From Heterodontus francisci (Eukaryota): a stretch of DNA of 64,000 bases. Position 1 is the stretch's first letter; each line of letters starts with the position of its first letter. Positions 49,332-62,180 of the stretch are shown piece after piece. Below the pieces are notes generated by a model. It was not told the DNA's origin and did not search any database. It saw only the letters and a list, made by a program, of their open reading frames with translations. Location: assembly GCF_036365525.1 (NCBI RefSeq), contig NC_090392.1:74602345-74666344 (forward strand), given 5' to 3'. Made by a program: the position numbers and the translations under genes.

Positions 49332-52300
49332 TTGCAGGGGAGTCCAGCAGTTCAAAGTACCATCAAAGGTTCCAAGTTCACTGCCTCACTGAAAGGCAAC
49401 AATACAAGCAGGGCTGACAGTGCTTTAAATATGGCGCCAGCTGTTGCTGAGGGGTCAGCTGATGATGTAATCTGCGCCTCAGAGCCCACCCCCGCCATGT
49501 AATTGGACGGGCCCCACTGTTCCATTATTGTAGTTGGCCACCCGATGTGTGATTACAATGGGACATGTGCAGACGGTGCCCACTTCCGGGTCTGCCGACG
49601 GAACCCACGAAAGGGTCACTAAATTCAGCCCAAAATTTGCAATAATTAACAGAATCAACTGTTAGCTAAAATCCGTCCTTCTCTGGTCCATGACACGCCT
49701 CAATTAAGCAAGACATGCTGTACGGTAGAGTATATGGACAGACTTTATTTATAAACACAGGTGATCGGCCTAACTGGACAGGGAGAGTAGCTTTTCAGAT
49801 TCTGTATCTTCCAAGCTCTCCAGATAACTGTTCAAAACTATGCTTCTTTAATCACCTTAGTTTGCCTGCATCAAAGGTGCATGTTACAGATACAACCTCC
49901 CGATGTATCTGTTCTTCAACCCTATGTAAACAATCTGTTTCCATAAGCAGTCATAATTGTTTACTCCAAAGAAGCTTCTTTCAAACAAGACTCCACGATC
50001 AATCTTTTCTCGAATCCTTTGAGTAGTTTTATTAACTGCTTATCTTCCAAACACCCTTCCTCTATTATAGTTAATAGTTAAACTGCCTTTGTTTAGTAGC
50101 CTAGCCAATAAAGTTATATTTTAATCACTCTGTTGCACAAGCAATTCTCAAATATCATACTCGAATATTTCATAGAATCATAGCATGATACACGAAGGAG
50201 ATAATGTGGCTTGTTGTGCCTGTGCTGGAACAGAAGCTGAGGCCATGCTCTCTTAAAGCTACCTTGTTTATCTTGGACATCCTGTTGCTCCAGCATACAA
50301 GGAAGTTTGATTATGAACCCTTAACTCCCCAAGGTGACCAACCTACCACTCTCCAGCAATGAACGTACAATGCAAACCTTTGGCTACATCAAAAGAATTC
50401 ATTTTCAAAACATCAAACAAAATGTGCTTAAATATAATGTCGACTGATTATAGAGTAACGTACAATGTGGTGTTTGGACCAAATTATTTTAATAAAATCA
50501 GCCAACTTAAACCATGCTTATTTGTTGCATTGTTACTAAAGCGCCCAGGTATAAGAACAGGAGTGGCCATTTGGCCCATCGAGCTTGGTCCATCATTTGC
50601 TTCGCCATGACAGCTCTTTTTAACCCAATTCCCCTCCGTTTCTTCCTTTCCCTTTATACCCTTACTTTCTATCTGTATTTTAAATGCTCCATTCATTCTG
50701 AATTTATGACCTTCTATTGTGATCTATATTCCTTTATCTCCTAACACTTTGTGTAAAGAAGTTTTGCCTAGATTCCATTTTAATGGGTTTAGGTCTGATT
50801 TTAAGATTCTTTTCCTGTTTCCTTGAATCCCTACAAGTCGGAAGTGCTACTCCCTATTCCCTACTCTCAGATATAAATGATAGCAAATTACACTAATATT
50901 CAGAAGGCCAGTGAAGTTTTAAACAATAACACTTCCACAAGGCTGGAAGGGTTTTAAGCCAAGCCTTTGTCCACTTACATACTTTTGATATCGCAGTCAA
51001 GGAAATGCATGGCAAAGTTTGTGTGTTTTCTAAAGGAGGAGGAACTTATTAGATTTTATATATAAGTAACAAAAAATTATAATGGTGAACATAATGAGAC
51101 TGATCAGCCATAATCTAATTAAACAGCAGAACAGGCTGAATGGCCTACACCTGTGTTCCTAAAAGATCACGTGAAAATATCAGACAATTAACAATCAGAG
51201 TCGCAGAATTACTGAGAAACTATATGAACATACAAACATATGAATCAGGAACAGGAGTAGGCCACAACTTAAATATTTTAATGAGATTCACATCCTCCAA
51301 TTTAACCTTGGTGGCTGGGTTTCCGAGGCCTTAGAAAATCTGGCAGCTGAGGTGAGGTGAGGACAGGTTCAGGGAAAAGGCAAGTGCCTCCAAGGCTCTG
51401 CTTGCTGACCAGGAGGAGCAGGAGTATTTACGCCTGACCCCCACAAGCATCCCTCCATCAGACCCTCCCCCCTACACAACGGTCCCAGGGTCAGGGATTG
51501 GATGCACCAGCCCCCAACCCCCGCTTTGGGATCAGACACCCGCCTGGGGGTTGTGGATTGGACTTTCCTAGTCCTGTGGCCTGCTCAGGGGTTCTCCCTC
51601 CCTGACTGCAAGCCAAGCCTGACAAACAGGTTGACTTCCGAACGGGGGAGCTCGTAAAGACCAAAGGATGCATGCTGTGGAGTTGAATCTCCACAGCTTG
51701 TGGGGAAACCCGGACTTCCGGGTTTTCTATGAGAAACTCCAACTCCCAGCCCATGTAATCTGCTCCCATTTATATCAAGACCATAGTTTCCAAGACCTGG
51801 TGGGGAGTATTCCATCTGTAATAACACTGACCAGCAGTGTTGTAACTCAGCTTGTCCAGATTATATCCATTCTCCACTTTGTTAATATTTCATCTTAATT
51901 GACTGCCACCAGAGCAGATAATAATATCAATAATTAAATATAGGCAACTCAAAAAGAGCAGATAGAAATCTTAATACTACATAAATCTCTTGGTTTACTG
52001 AGCTTCAAACATTACTATGTTAATACACATGATCTTTATAGAATCAGTATCTGGGAGAACTTGGGCCCTTCCTCCCAGAATTGACCACCAACTATTCTGT
52101 CCATTTTCTGGGATTCTCTGTTCACAATGTTCCAGACTATTACTGGATTCTCTTTTCTGACGACAGTAATTTTACTGAGGCTCCTCAGGCTTTAATAATG
52201 CATAAAGACATTTTTCTTTCTTCATAGACTCATAGAATGATACAGCACAGAAGGAGGCCATTCGGCCCATCATGCCTGTGCCGACTCTTCAACAAAGCTA

Positions 52301-53589
52301 TCCAGTTGGTGCCACACCCCTGTTCTTTCCCCACAGCCCCACAGCTCTGCAATTTTTCCCCTTCAAGTATTTCTCCAATTCCCTTTTGAAAGTTACTATT
52401 GAATCTCCTCTCACCACCCTTTCAGGCAGCGCGTTCCACATCATAACAACTCGTTGCATAAAAATGTTTTTCCTCATGTCACCTCTGGTTCTTTTTCCAG
52501 TTATTTTTACACTTTGCTCTTATGCTCACCATGAGAATGATCTCCTTTATGATTTATGCATATTGAAGTATTAAATATATTCTATAGAAATGCTTTTATG
52601 ATTGTGATATAGTGTACCCTGCCAGCTTTTCACTGCATCCAGGTGGGCAGGGTGGAAAATAGTCTACCTTATGCACTCTGATACACCTCTGCCTCTGTGC
52701 ACCTCCCCCTCCCCATTTCCCAGTGGTGAGACCCGGCGGTGCCAAATGCACTTGTCCATATGTGGGTAAGCCTCTTTGAATTTGTAAACCAACGTCAAGG
52801 TCACTTTGTTTCTTATTGTTCCTGAGGGCAGTTATTTACAGTCTCATTATCACAGTTCCAACATAGGACTCAATTTAACCCAGACACTGGGGAGTGATCC
52901 ATCTCTCCTCCTTGCTAGTCTTTCTCAAGGTTCCTCTAATTGAACCTATGACTTTGTCTGTGATAATCAAGTTTCTTTCTCAAGGTTTCTTCTAAAAACT
53001 CATTAGGACTGTGAGTGGAATTTCATCTGACAGTCCAAAGATACCATTCATATTTATCGTGGAATAGCACAAAGGCATCTCATTACAAATAATCGAACAC
53101 AGAATTCAAGCAGTCTATCGGACAGTTCACAACTACCACTAAGTAATACATTTATTTTAAACAAATACAATTACAAAGCATGACACAAAACAGAATTATA
53201 CATAATAATGCAACAGAAACAGACTATGAAACTTGTCACGCTGCAACAACATTCTTCCTTTACAAGGGCATATATTTTGAAATTGGCAGATCTATTTAAC
53301 CCTTTCCACGGAGTTCAATTTTACAAAAAGCTTAATTTTAGTTAATAGAGCACAAAGATTTTAACAAACACATGTATGTCATGAGATACAATGGAATGTA
53401 AAGAGGAAATTGGTGCTGTTTCTAGAGGAGAATTCTGGTGCAGGTTTTAACTAGGCATAGTTGAGGCGGTAACTATTAACGTCGCGAAGTTTTGCACCAC
53501 AGAATTTTCCTAAAAGTGGGGAGTAAATTGAAGTCCTTTACATGTCCTCTGTGTGAAGAGGATCTTTCAGACAAGCCTTTATTGCAAGG

Positions 53590-54200
53590 CAGTCGTAAGT
53601 ATAAGAGTAAGGATGTCTTGCTGCCATTATATTGGGTTTGGCTGAGGACACACCTGGAGTACTGTGTACAGTTTTGATATTCTTACTTATGGAAGGATCT
53701 ACTTGTTTCAGTGGGGGCAATGAAGGTTCATTAGATTGATTCCTGGGATGAGAGGGTTGTCCTATGAGGAGAGATTGGGTAAAATGGGCCTTTCTTCTCT
53801 GGCATTTGGGAAAATGCGAGGTAATCTCATTGTAATATATAAAATTCTTAGAAAGCTTGACAGGGTAAATGTTGAGAGGCTGTTTCCCCTAGCTGAAGAG
53901 TTTAGAACTATGGGCCATAGTCTCAAGATAAGGGGGCGATCATTTAGAACTGAGATGAGGAGAAATTTCTTCATTCAGAGGGTTGTGAATCTTTGGAATT
54001 CTCTACTCCAGAGGGCTGTGGATGGTCAGTTGTTGAGTATATTCAAGACTGGAATTGATAGATGTTTGGGTACTAAAGGAATCAAGGGATATGGGGATTG
54101 GGCAGGAAAGTTGAGTTGATGCAGAAAATCAGCCTTGATCTTACTGAATGGCTGAGCAGGCTCAAGGGGCTGTATGGCCTACTCTTTATGTTCTTATGTT
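53590..54200 (+). mobile_element. CR1 LINE 3' fragment
   Basis: HLEYCVQF, GLSYEERL, QRVVNLWNSL; (ttatgttc)n tail. Confidence 0.85.
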
Positions 54201-54676
54201 CCTGTTGTCGATCCAATATTTACCTTTTACTAGTTTAAACCTATGTCCCCTTGTCCTTCTCTTAGCCAGGTTTACCTATTCCAGTTTGTTTACTATCTTG
54301 AATGCCTCTATAAGGTCATCTCTCAAACTCCTCCTTTCAAGGATGAAATGCCCAAGTTTTTCCACTTTTTCTTCACAACCGAGACCTCCATCGCAAATAG
54401 CCACAGCCTCGTGTCCATAAAGTAAACTGACAGCAAAGTGCACCGCTGAAGGGATTCTGCATTGTAGGAGGTGCTGGCTTTTGGATGCGACACGAAAGAA
54501 ATGACCAGTCACGAAGGATGAGATGTTTCAGGGAGGCAAAAGACTGGAGCAGGAAGGATAACACTGAGTCGTTGCATGCAAGGTGCTCAAGTACCTGAAA
54601 AGTAAGCAATCTGGTGAAGTAATTTCACATTCATTATAACACAAAAATTTCAATGATGCAAAATAAAAGATTTAAA

Positions 54677-54985
54677 TATTTATTTATAGATACAGCACTG
54701 AAAGAGGCCCTTTGGCCCACTGAGTCTGTGCTGACCATCAGCTACCCATTTATACTAATCCTACATTAATCCCATTACCCTCACCTTCCCTACCACCTAC
54801 CTATACTAGGGGCAATTTATAATGGCCAATTTACCTATCAACCTATAAGTCTTCAGATGTAGGATTAAACCGGAGCACCCAGTGAAAACCCACATGGTCA
54901 TAGGGAGAACTTGCAAACTCCGCACAGGCAGCACCCAGAATCGAACCCAGGTCGCTGGAGCTGTGAAGCTGCAGTCATAACCACT
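54677..54985 (-). mobile_element. HE1-like SINE
   Basis: Reverse complement of the 4275-4599 family. Confidence 0.85.
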
Positions 54986-55103
54986 AAATGTCTATACCAT
55001 GTTTTATAGAATAAAGTCAAAATACAATTAAAATCATCAAATAAGACCTTAATACTATAGTGTGAGTGCTTGTGTGCAGCTGTTAACTTAAGAAGTAAAC
55101 TAT

Positions 55104-55362
55104 TTTTTATTTATTTTATTTTATTTATTATTTTTATTTAGAGATACAGCACTGGAACAGGCCCTTCGGCCCACCGAGTCTGTGTCGACCAACAACCACC
55201 CATTTATACTAACCCTACAGTAATCCCATATTCCCTATCACCTCCCTACACTAGGGGCAATTTACAACGGCCAATTTACCTATCACCTGCAAGTCTTTGG
55301 ATGTGGGAGGAAACCGGAGCACCCGGCGAAAACCCACGCAGACACAGGGAGAACTTGCAAAT
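55104..55362 (-). mobile_element. 5'-truncated HE1-like SINE with (TTTTA)n tail
   Basis: Reverse complement of the 4275-4599 family. Confidence 0.85.
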
Positions 55363-56599
55363 ACTTGACTAGAAAATATTTGCAGTTCCTTCAGGCACTT
55401 GGTGGGGTTTCTTTTCCCTTGATGGCAAAGTTTCACTTTCAATTCAGCAAAAAAGCATCACAGTATCTGTTCCGAGATGACGGTATTTCATGTCAGTCGA
55501 TGTGAATTCATTTGATTTTCGGTAAATTGATAACAGGAAACGCCTGCTTTTGAAAACGTATGTCTATGTGCAATTTTTGCCTGCAGATTTTTGTTGCTTG
55601 CTGTCCTCTCATGGGTTATGGCTGTTTATTATTACCCAGGTGATGCTATCACACAGATACTTTGCCCAAGGGACCAGTCATCATTTGTGAGCCTGCACAA
55701 GTGCCAGCTGACAGTAGTGTGTGATTTAGTGCAACCCCTGAGACTCATCTGACAGGCACAAGCACACACTTCCCGACATGAAGCGCTGGCTAATGATCAG
55801 GGTTGAGAATCGTGGTAGATTCTGCCCTTTCTTAGCCCTGGCACATTGAGGCTGTGTGTTGTATCCCAACCACCAAATCCCATTGATTGACCTGTTACAT
55901 GCGTGCTGCAGTTTCTGCTTTTGTTTCCATATCAAATCAGTAAAAGTTATGTTATTTTGACTTAATGTTTCTAACTTGGACATCCCATGAATAAATGCAT
56001 TTTTAGAACTGGAGATGGGTAACATTAGAATATGCAGCATTTTATTGCTCAACACTAGTTGTCATGAGGTCATTAATGGGCAACTGCATAATGTGAGACT
56101 GGAGTGACATGTGGCTAGATGAGGCAGGAATAGCAAGTTTCATTCGCTGAGGGCATCACTGAATCAGTTGGGTTTTTGTGGCAATAGAATCATAGAATGA
56201 TACAGCACAGTCGCACAAACAATTTAAAGGGGCTGTGCACGCAACTCGTCTGCTCACTCCAAAAGAAAATTAGAGGAAACATTGATATGGTGTAAAAGAC
56301 TGGAAATGAATTTGATGTGCTGATCAGTCATGCTGTAATTAAATGGCAGGGAACTGAATGGCCTACTCAGTCCCTAATGTTACTCTGTTACCTCAAATAA
56401 ATCACATTCAGCCGTATAAACTCACGGGAATGTAAGAAATGTTTATACGACTTGTCCTAACGATTTAAGCTGTCGTATCATTCTGGTGAACCTACACTGT
56501 ACCCCTCCAAAACCAATGTACCTTTGCTGTGATTTTGTGCCCTAATCTTAATGCAGTACTCCAGATGGTGTTTGACCAAGGCTCTGTACAAAGCCAAAA

Positions 56600-57777
56600 A
56601 AGGTTTGCATTTATATAGCATCTTTCATGACCTCAAGCCACCCCAAAGCACTTTGCAGCCAATGAAGTACTTTTGAAAAGTGGTTAATATTATAATGTAG
56701 GAAACACGGAAGCCAATTTGTGAAGAGCAAGCACCCACAAACTACAATGTAATAATGACTGGATAATCTGTTTTCGCGATTTTTTCTGAGGGATAAATAT
56801 TGACCAGGACAATAAGAAGATTCCCCTGCTCTTCTTCGAAATAGGGCTATGGGATCTTTTACATCCAGCTTCGAGGGCCTCGGATTAATGTTTCATCCAA
56901 AAGTTATCACCTCTAACAGTGTAGCACTCTGTCAGTATTGCACTGGAGTATCAGTCTAGGGGCTGAATTCTACACCCCCCAAAGAGCAGGATGGTGGCCG
57001 GGGGTGGGGGGGGGTGGCATAAAATGGAACGGGAGGCTCCGGGAGCCCTTCCTGACCCGTTCCTGCCTCCGTCGCCCCTTTATGCAGGGCAGCGGCGGCG
57101 ATGAACAGCCTGTCCACCCCAGGCCAATCATTGCCCTCAAATAGTCACTTAACGGCCACTTAAGGTTCTTAGCCCACCTGCACGGGGATTTTACCCCTGG
57201 CAAGTTGTGCGGCCGAGGCCAGAGAGAAGCTGCCTGACAAAAGCCGGCAGCTCTCTGATGGCCCGGGGGAGGCCCTCATGATCGGGCACCCTGTGCCCCA
57301 TGCAGGGCCGCTCCTGCTGCCCCAACAACACCCAACACACACCCATATCCCTCCAATCGACCACCCTTGCCTCACCAGGGTCCGTCCAATCACTCCCACG
57401 ATGCAGCGAAATCTTTCCTTTGTTCCGGGCTCCCCGACATCATCTTCTTCAAGCTGGGCTGTACTCCACTCCCCGTGGCGCTGCTGGGTAGTTAGCTGCC
57501 AGCACGCCGATTGGCCGGCAGCTCTATTAGGTGGGACCTCCTACCTCAAGCGGGTGGAAGTCCCGCCTCACACCAATTAAAGCCCGGCGACCTGCAAAGT
57601 AGGGGTTGGATCCCCAGGCGAGGCGAAAGCGGGTTTGCCACAGATTTTTCAGTCAGTGGCCGGCTCCTGCCCACCCAGGGTTACATCCTGGCCCAGATTT
57701 TCAGCTCAAATCTCTGGAGGGGGACTTGAATCCTCAAACTTCTGACTCTGGGGTAAGAGTGCTACCACTGAGCCACA
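56600..57777 (-). mobile_element. Deu-domain SINE interrupted by a Harbinger MITE
   Basis: SINE sequence stops at tcagtctag (56959) and resumes at agattttcagctcaaatctctggag (57695). Confidence 0.75.
56960..57693. mobile_element. Harbinger-type MITE, paralog of 1618-2313
   Basis: Left end GGGCTGAATT; shared blocks such as ggcagctctattagg, ggtggaagtcccgcctcacacca and tggatccccaggcgaggc. Confidence 0.8.
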
Positions 57778-58267
57778 ATCAATAGCAATTACAGCTGATG
57801 CATCAATGCCTCAATGCCAATGATTGGATTCCAATCCCCTTCAGATAAAGGCCAATATTCCACGAGCCCCTTTGATTCCTTTTTGTACCTGTGAATTAGC
57901 TTTTAGTGATTTGGGTACATAAATATCACCTCTCAGATGAATGTAAAACATCCCATGACACTATTTGAAGATGAGCCGGGGTGGGGGGGGGGGGGTGGGG
58001 GGAGGGGGGTGCGGTTGTGTGTGGTGGGGACTTCCTGCTGGTCCGACCAACATTTATCCCTCAACCAACACCAAAAATAGAAGGGAGGTGAAATTGATCT
58101 GGAAAGACAGCACAAAAAGAGCGATTACAAATCGGCGGCCGATATTGCTCTCCGCCCAATTTAATTTTCTATTTACTTCAATGAGAAAGAAAATGGAAAG
58201 AGTGTAAAAACAACTGCAGCTGTGCTATGGCCCGTTCTTGCACTAATGCACAAGACCAATTTTTTAT

Positions 58268-58620
58268 CTTTCATTCATGGGATGGTGGGCGTCCCTGGCT
58301 AGGCTAGCATTTATTGCCCATCCCTAATTGCCTTGAACTGAGTGGCTTGCTAGGCCATTTCAGAGGGCATTTAAGAGTCAACCACATTGCCGTGGATCTG
58401 GAGTCACATGTAGGCCAGACCAGATAAGGACAGCAGATTTCCTTCCCAAAAGGACATTAGTGAACCAGATGAGCTTTTATAACAATTGACAACGGTTTCA
58501 TGTCACCATTAGACTAGCTTTTAAATTCCAGATTTATTGCACCATCTGCCGTGGTGGGATTCAAACCCATGTTCCCAGAGCCTGGGCTTCTGGATTACTA
58601 GTCCAGTGACAATTCCACCC
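58268..58620 (-). mobile_element. Bipartite tRNA-headed SINE sharing head and tail with the Zenon-like LINE
   Basis: Tail matches 10475-10530; head matches 13357-13640; minus-strand B-box GGTTTGAATCCC. Confidence 0.8.
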
Positions 58621-59171
58621 CCACAATCTTGTCACTTATTGCCACAACTATTTGCTGTACACTAATTGTCTACTGCATTCCCTACATTAGAACAGTGACT
58701 ACATCATTGGCTGTAAAGGTCTTGACGTCGCTATATAAATACAAGTTCCTTTATTTTCCCCTTGACCCACACTATTCCACAGCTCTGCTCTTGGGTTACA
58801 AATCATGTCACAGCTCCTCATTATGTTTACTCCAGTCTACTATGGATAACCTCTGGCTAAAAGACCAGGGGTAATAATTGACATAATTTGTTGTTTAATC
58901 CCAATCTCTGATTGTTTAAGGATTGCAACTAAATTGATCAAATGCAATGAAAATTATTAGCAATCAATGGGAAAACATGAATGCTGCAAATCTGAAGGAA
59001 AAAGATTTTGATGTATTTTTGGGAGGTGCGGGCAATTGAGGGGGTGGTGGTGGTGGAGGAGTCCGTAACTGACAATAAACTGTAAAATAGATTCAGGGTG
59101 TTGGCTTGATTTGAGATACCTTGATTAAATCTTCTCTCAACCACTGACACGCAAGGATATCGTTGTTTGGA

Positions 59172-59263
59172 GGAAATGAAACTGAAACTTTGAGAAGTTG
59201 TTTATAAAGTCCAGATGTGTGCTCGCCCGACTGCAGAGTTCCTGTCCTAGTGAAGAGGTGAGT
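59172..59263 (+). promoter_or_regulatory. ISRE-TATA promoter and short non-coding exon 1 of Gig2 copy 3
   Basis: GGAAATGAAACTGAAACT (59172-59189), TTTATAAAG (59201-59209), donor GAG|GTGAGT (GT at 59258). Confidence 0.75.
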
Positions 59264-59824
59264 GCCAAAAAACTGTCTACAGTTCAGTTCACACTAAGAA
59301 CTAGAAGGAATATGGAGAGAACATTTCTTTACGAAGTGAGTTGTTAAGATCTGGAAAGCACTGCCTGAAGGGATGGTGAAAGCAGATTCAACGGTAACTT
59401 TTAAAAGGGAATTTGGGCATAAACATGAAACGGAAAAGAATGCATGACTATCGGGAAAGAGCAGGGGAGTGGGTCTAATTGGATAGCTTTTTTAAAGGGC
59501 CAGCACAAGCAGGAAAGGGCCAAAGAGGCTCATTCTGCACTGTAAATTCTTTGATTCTATGACAAAATTATGATATGAGACAAACCCAATCTAGAGTAGT
59601 GTTTGGTGTTTTGTTAACTTAGTAATGATGACAGAATACAGAGGAGAACAACAAAAATAATTCTGTCCCTTGGGGTTTTAACAGTTCAGAAATTTTAAGA
59701 TTCTCAGTCTTGTTTTCTTGGGGAAGGAGACTTCGTGCTAAGAGAATTGAAGCCTTCAATTCATGAAATCGCTTGACAAAGTTTATGTCGGTAAATTGTT
59801 AAGTATGTTGAAGGATCACAAGTT

Positions 59825-61354
59825 TAAAATAAGAAAGTTCAGAGGATGAAATGAACTTGGTGCCATTTTTTCAGACCGAGGATGGTAGGAGTTGTGAGAT
59901 CAGTTACCAGGCAAGGCACTGAAAGCAGGAGAGAGAGGTAATGGTAAGATGGGGTTAAAAGGTTGGTAGGAGGGTTTAATCCCTGAGAAAGCATTTATCT
60001 ATCAGGGCTAATGGTCTTTTCCTGAAACATATTTGCTATTACAGACTTGCAGCCAGTGTTCCCCCTAATTTTCCTCCATTGTGCGTGGCCTGTTCGTTGT
60101 ACTGCGCGGTATGTCTTGACTGTTGGGTTGCTGCGCACGCATGCATCTTAAACAGAACGCTGGTTGTACGTGGCCTGTTTGCTCCACTGTGTGGTACGTT
60201 CCAGATTACTGCACAGCCAAGGATGTGCACAGTTTAGGAGCACTGCCCGCAGTACTGAACTCAGATTTCTTTTGGAAAAGATGTTGAAGTTATATTTTGA
60301 CTTGTATATTTTGAAGTTATGTCATGTCATGCTATTAAACTTTACTTGATATATATTTCTTGTGTTTCCTAATTTGACCAATAGAATAGAGACAAGTATA
60401 AAGTAGGTTTTACAATGAGTCAAGTGTCTCACAAACTTGGTGTAATTATTACTAATTACAGATACTGAGAAGTTGGCTAGCCTTCAATCTTGGCCGAACT
60501 GTAAATCACAGTGACTCACGACTTGTAGGTAATGTCAGTGTAAGAATCCGTTCACTTCTTACCATTTGTTTTTCACTTTCTAATTCATTCTTTTGCCCCA
60601 CCTTGTGAAGCGATCAGTACTAAATTCATCCTTTGAGGCTTGCTTTCAAGATTTGTGCAGACATCAATGCAAACATCTTCTCAGTCAGTTCAAAGGAATG
60701 TCCAGTTGATCTGAGCAATACTTTCTTTCTCATGTTTTCTCATTGATGTCAGTAGATTAGGGATTGAAGTTTTACATAACAAAATTTATCAGCCATGTAG
60801 AAAATGTCAACCTTTTCCTTACCTGTTCCATGGAAAACTATTTCTCAGAATTCTCTGCAACTTCCTTAAATACCAGAGCTCTGTCTAACTTGTTGGTGCA
60901 ACTACATTTCGAGTGCTGTGTAAAATTTGGGGCATTATTAGTGAATTGTAATGAGGGACAAGGATGAATTTTAATGAAAAATAAGAAGACACCAGTTTTT
61001 CACCTGCAAATAGTAACTGAACAATTGGAAAATCAAGTTTCAAATCCATGATTTCATTGTGTAGAAGAAGAAGCAAATCGCCTATTCATTGCTGCAGGAG
61101 GATTTCACCTCCAATGTTACAGAAACAAACTTATTCCCTGCAGAGAAAGGAGACTGCGATTGCTGGCTATAATATACCCATAATTCATCCAATTTTCTTT
61201 TCAACAATGTACCACAAGCCTAAAATAAGAAAGTGCAGAGGATGATATGAATTGGTGCCATTTTTTCAGACCGAGGATGGTAGGAGTTGTGAGATCAGTT
61301 ACCAGGGAAGGCACTGAAAGCAGGAGAGAGGGGTAATGGTAAGATGGGGTTAAA
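59825..61354 (+). repeat. About 134-bp direct repeat pair (59825-59959 and 61221-61354)
   Basis: taaaataagaaag...ggtgccattttttcagaccgaggatggtaggagttgtgagatcagttaccagg...gatggggttaaa occurs twice with few differences. Confidence 0.9.
60054..60245. mobile_element. Short hAT-like MITE
   Basis: TIRs CAGTGTTCC and GGAGCACTG; decayed 8-bp TSD cttgcagc/cccgcagt. Confidence 0.55.
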
Positions 61355-61619
61355 GCACAATATAAAACACTTACTCAGATGACCTGCTGTGTTGTGCCGG
61401 TGATGGTGAGGGAAGTATCACGATGCCTTGTACAGCACCTCAATGCTTTTCAAGATCACCATTTCATTTATTTCCCCTCGATTGTGCCCACTTCTGTGGT
61501 GCTGGCATGCTTCAATGTCCTCGCCCGAGTGACGATTCTTTATGTGTGAGCGTTGACAGTAGACATCGGGCAGGATATTCTGCTGCTGGGGCATCACAGT
61601 CAAACTAAAATAAGTAGTA

Positions 61620-61997
61620 TTTCCAGCATTTTTTGTTTTTATTTCAGAACTTCAGAGCATGACTGGCCTTTTTTATATTTTATTTTATTTTTAACCGTGT
61701 GCCTGCGTTTCTTGTAGTCAGAGATGCTCATTATTCTCAATGTTCACTCTCTCTGGACTAATGCTTTGTCTTTCACCACAAGCATTAACGCACTCTTTGC
61801 CTTTGTCCCAGGACAACTTTGTTATTTAATCTCTCCTGCCCTCTGCCCTATCAAACACCTTCCCCTTTGTTCTCTTCCCCACTCCCTCCCCATCACTTGC
61901 TTAAAACCTAATTCTTTTCTAAACTTTGCCAGTTCTGCTTCTCTCTCCACAGATGCTGCCAGACCCTCTGAGTATTTCCACCACTTTCTGTTTTTAT
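61620..61997 (+). mobile_element. Penelope-like 3' tail fragment lacking the hammerhead
   Basis: ttcagagcatgac...ctaatgctttgtctttc...ccacagatgctgccagacc. Confidence 0.75.
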
Positions 61998-62180
61998 AAC
62001 AGTCAAACTAAAACCTGACCTTACCGGACATCCATGGGGTGCAAACAGGTGTAAACAAACAGTGATCAAAAGCAGAAAGCTCAGCAGTTTTTTGCCTTAT
62101 CCAGTGCAATGAGCACCCCAAAAGTGGAGGTCAGCTAGTTAACTCCGCACAGTTTTGGGATCAAACCCATGTTCTTTCAT

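Larger units (their letters stand above)
45133..49631 (-). mobile_element. Harbinger-derived element with a Myb/SANT-like coding remnant, split by a CR1 insertion
   Basis: Minus-strand AWTAIGEEVSSCRITPQTWVQYRKRVNDLLRSAK (about 45140-45240); right terminus AAATTCAGCCC at 49621-49631 matches the MITE TIRs. Confidence 0.65.

Noticed and set aside
60560-61220. Possible ancient pseudogene
   Set aside because: The frames I translated on both strands contain multiple stops and no identifiable motif.
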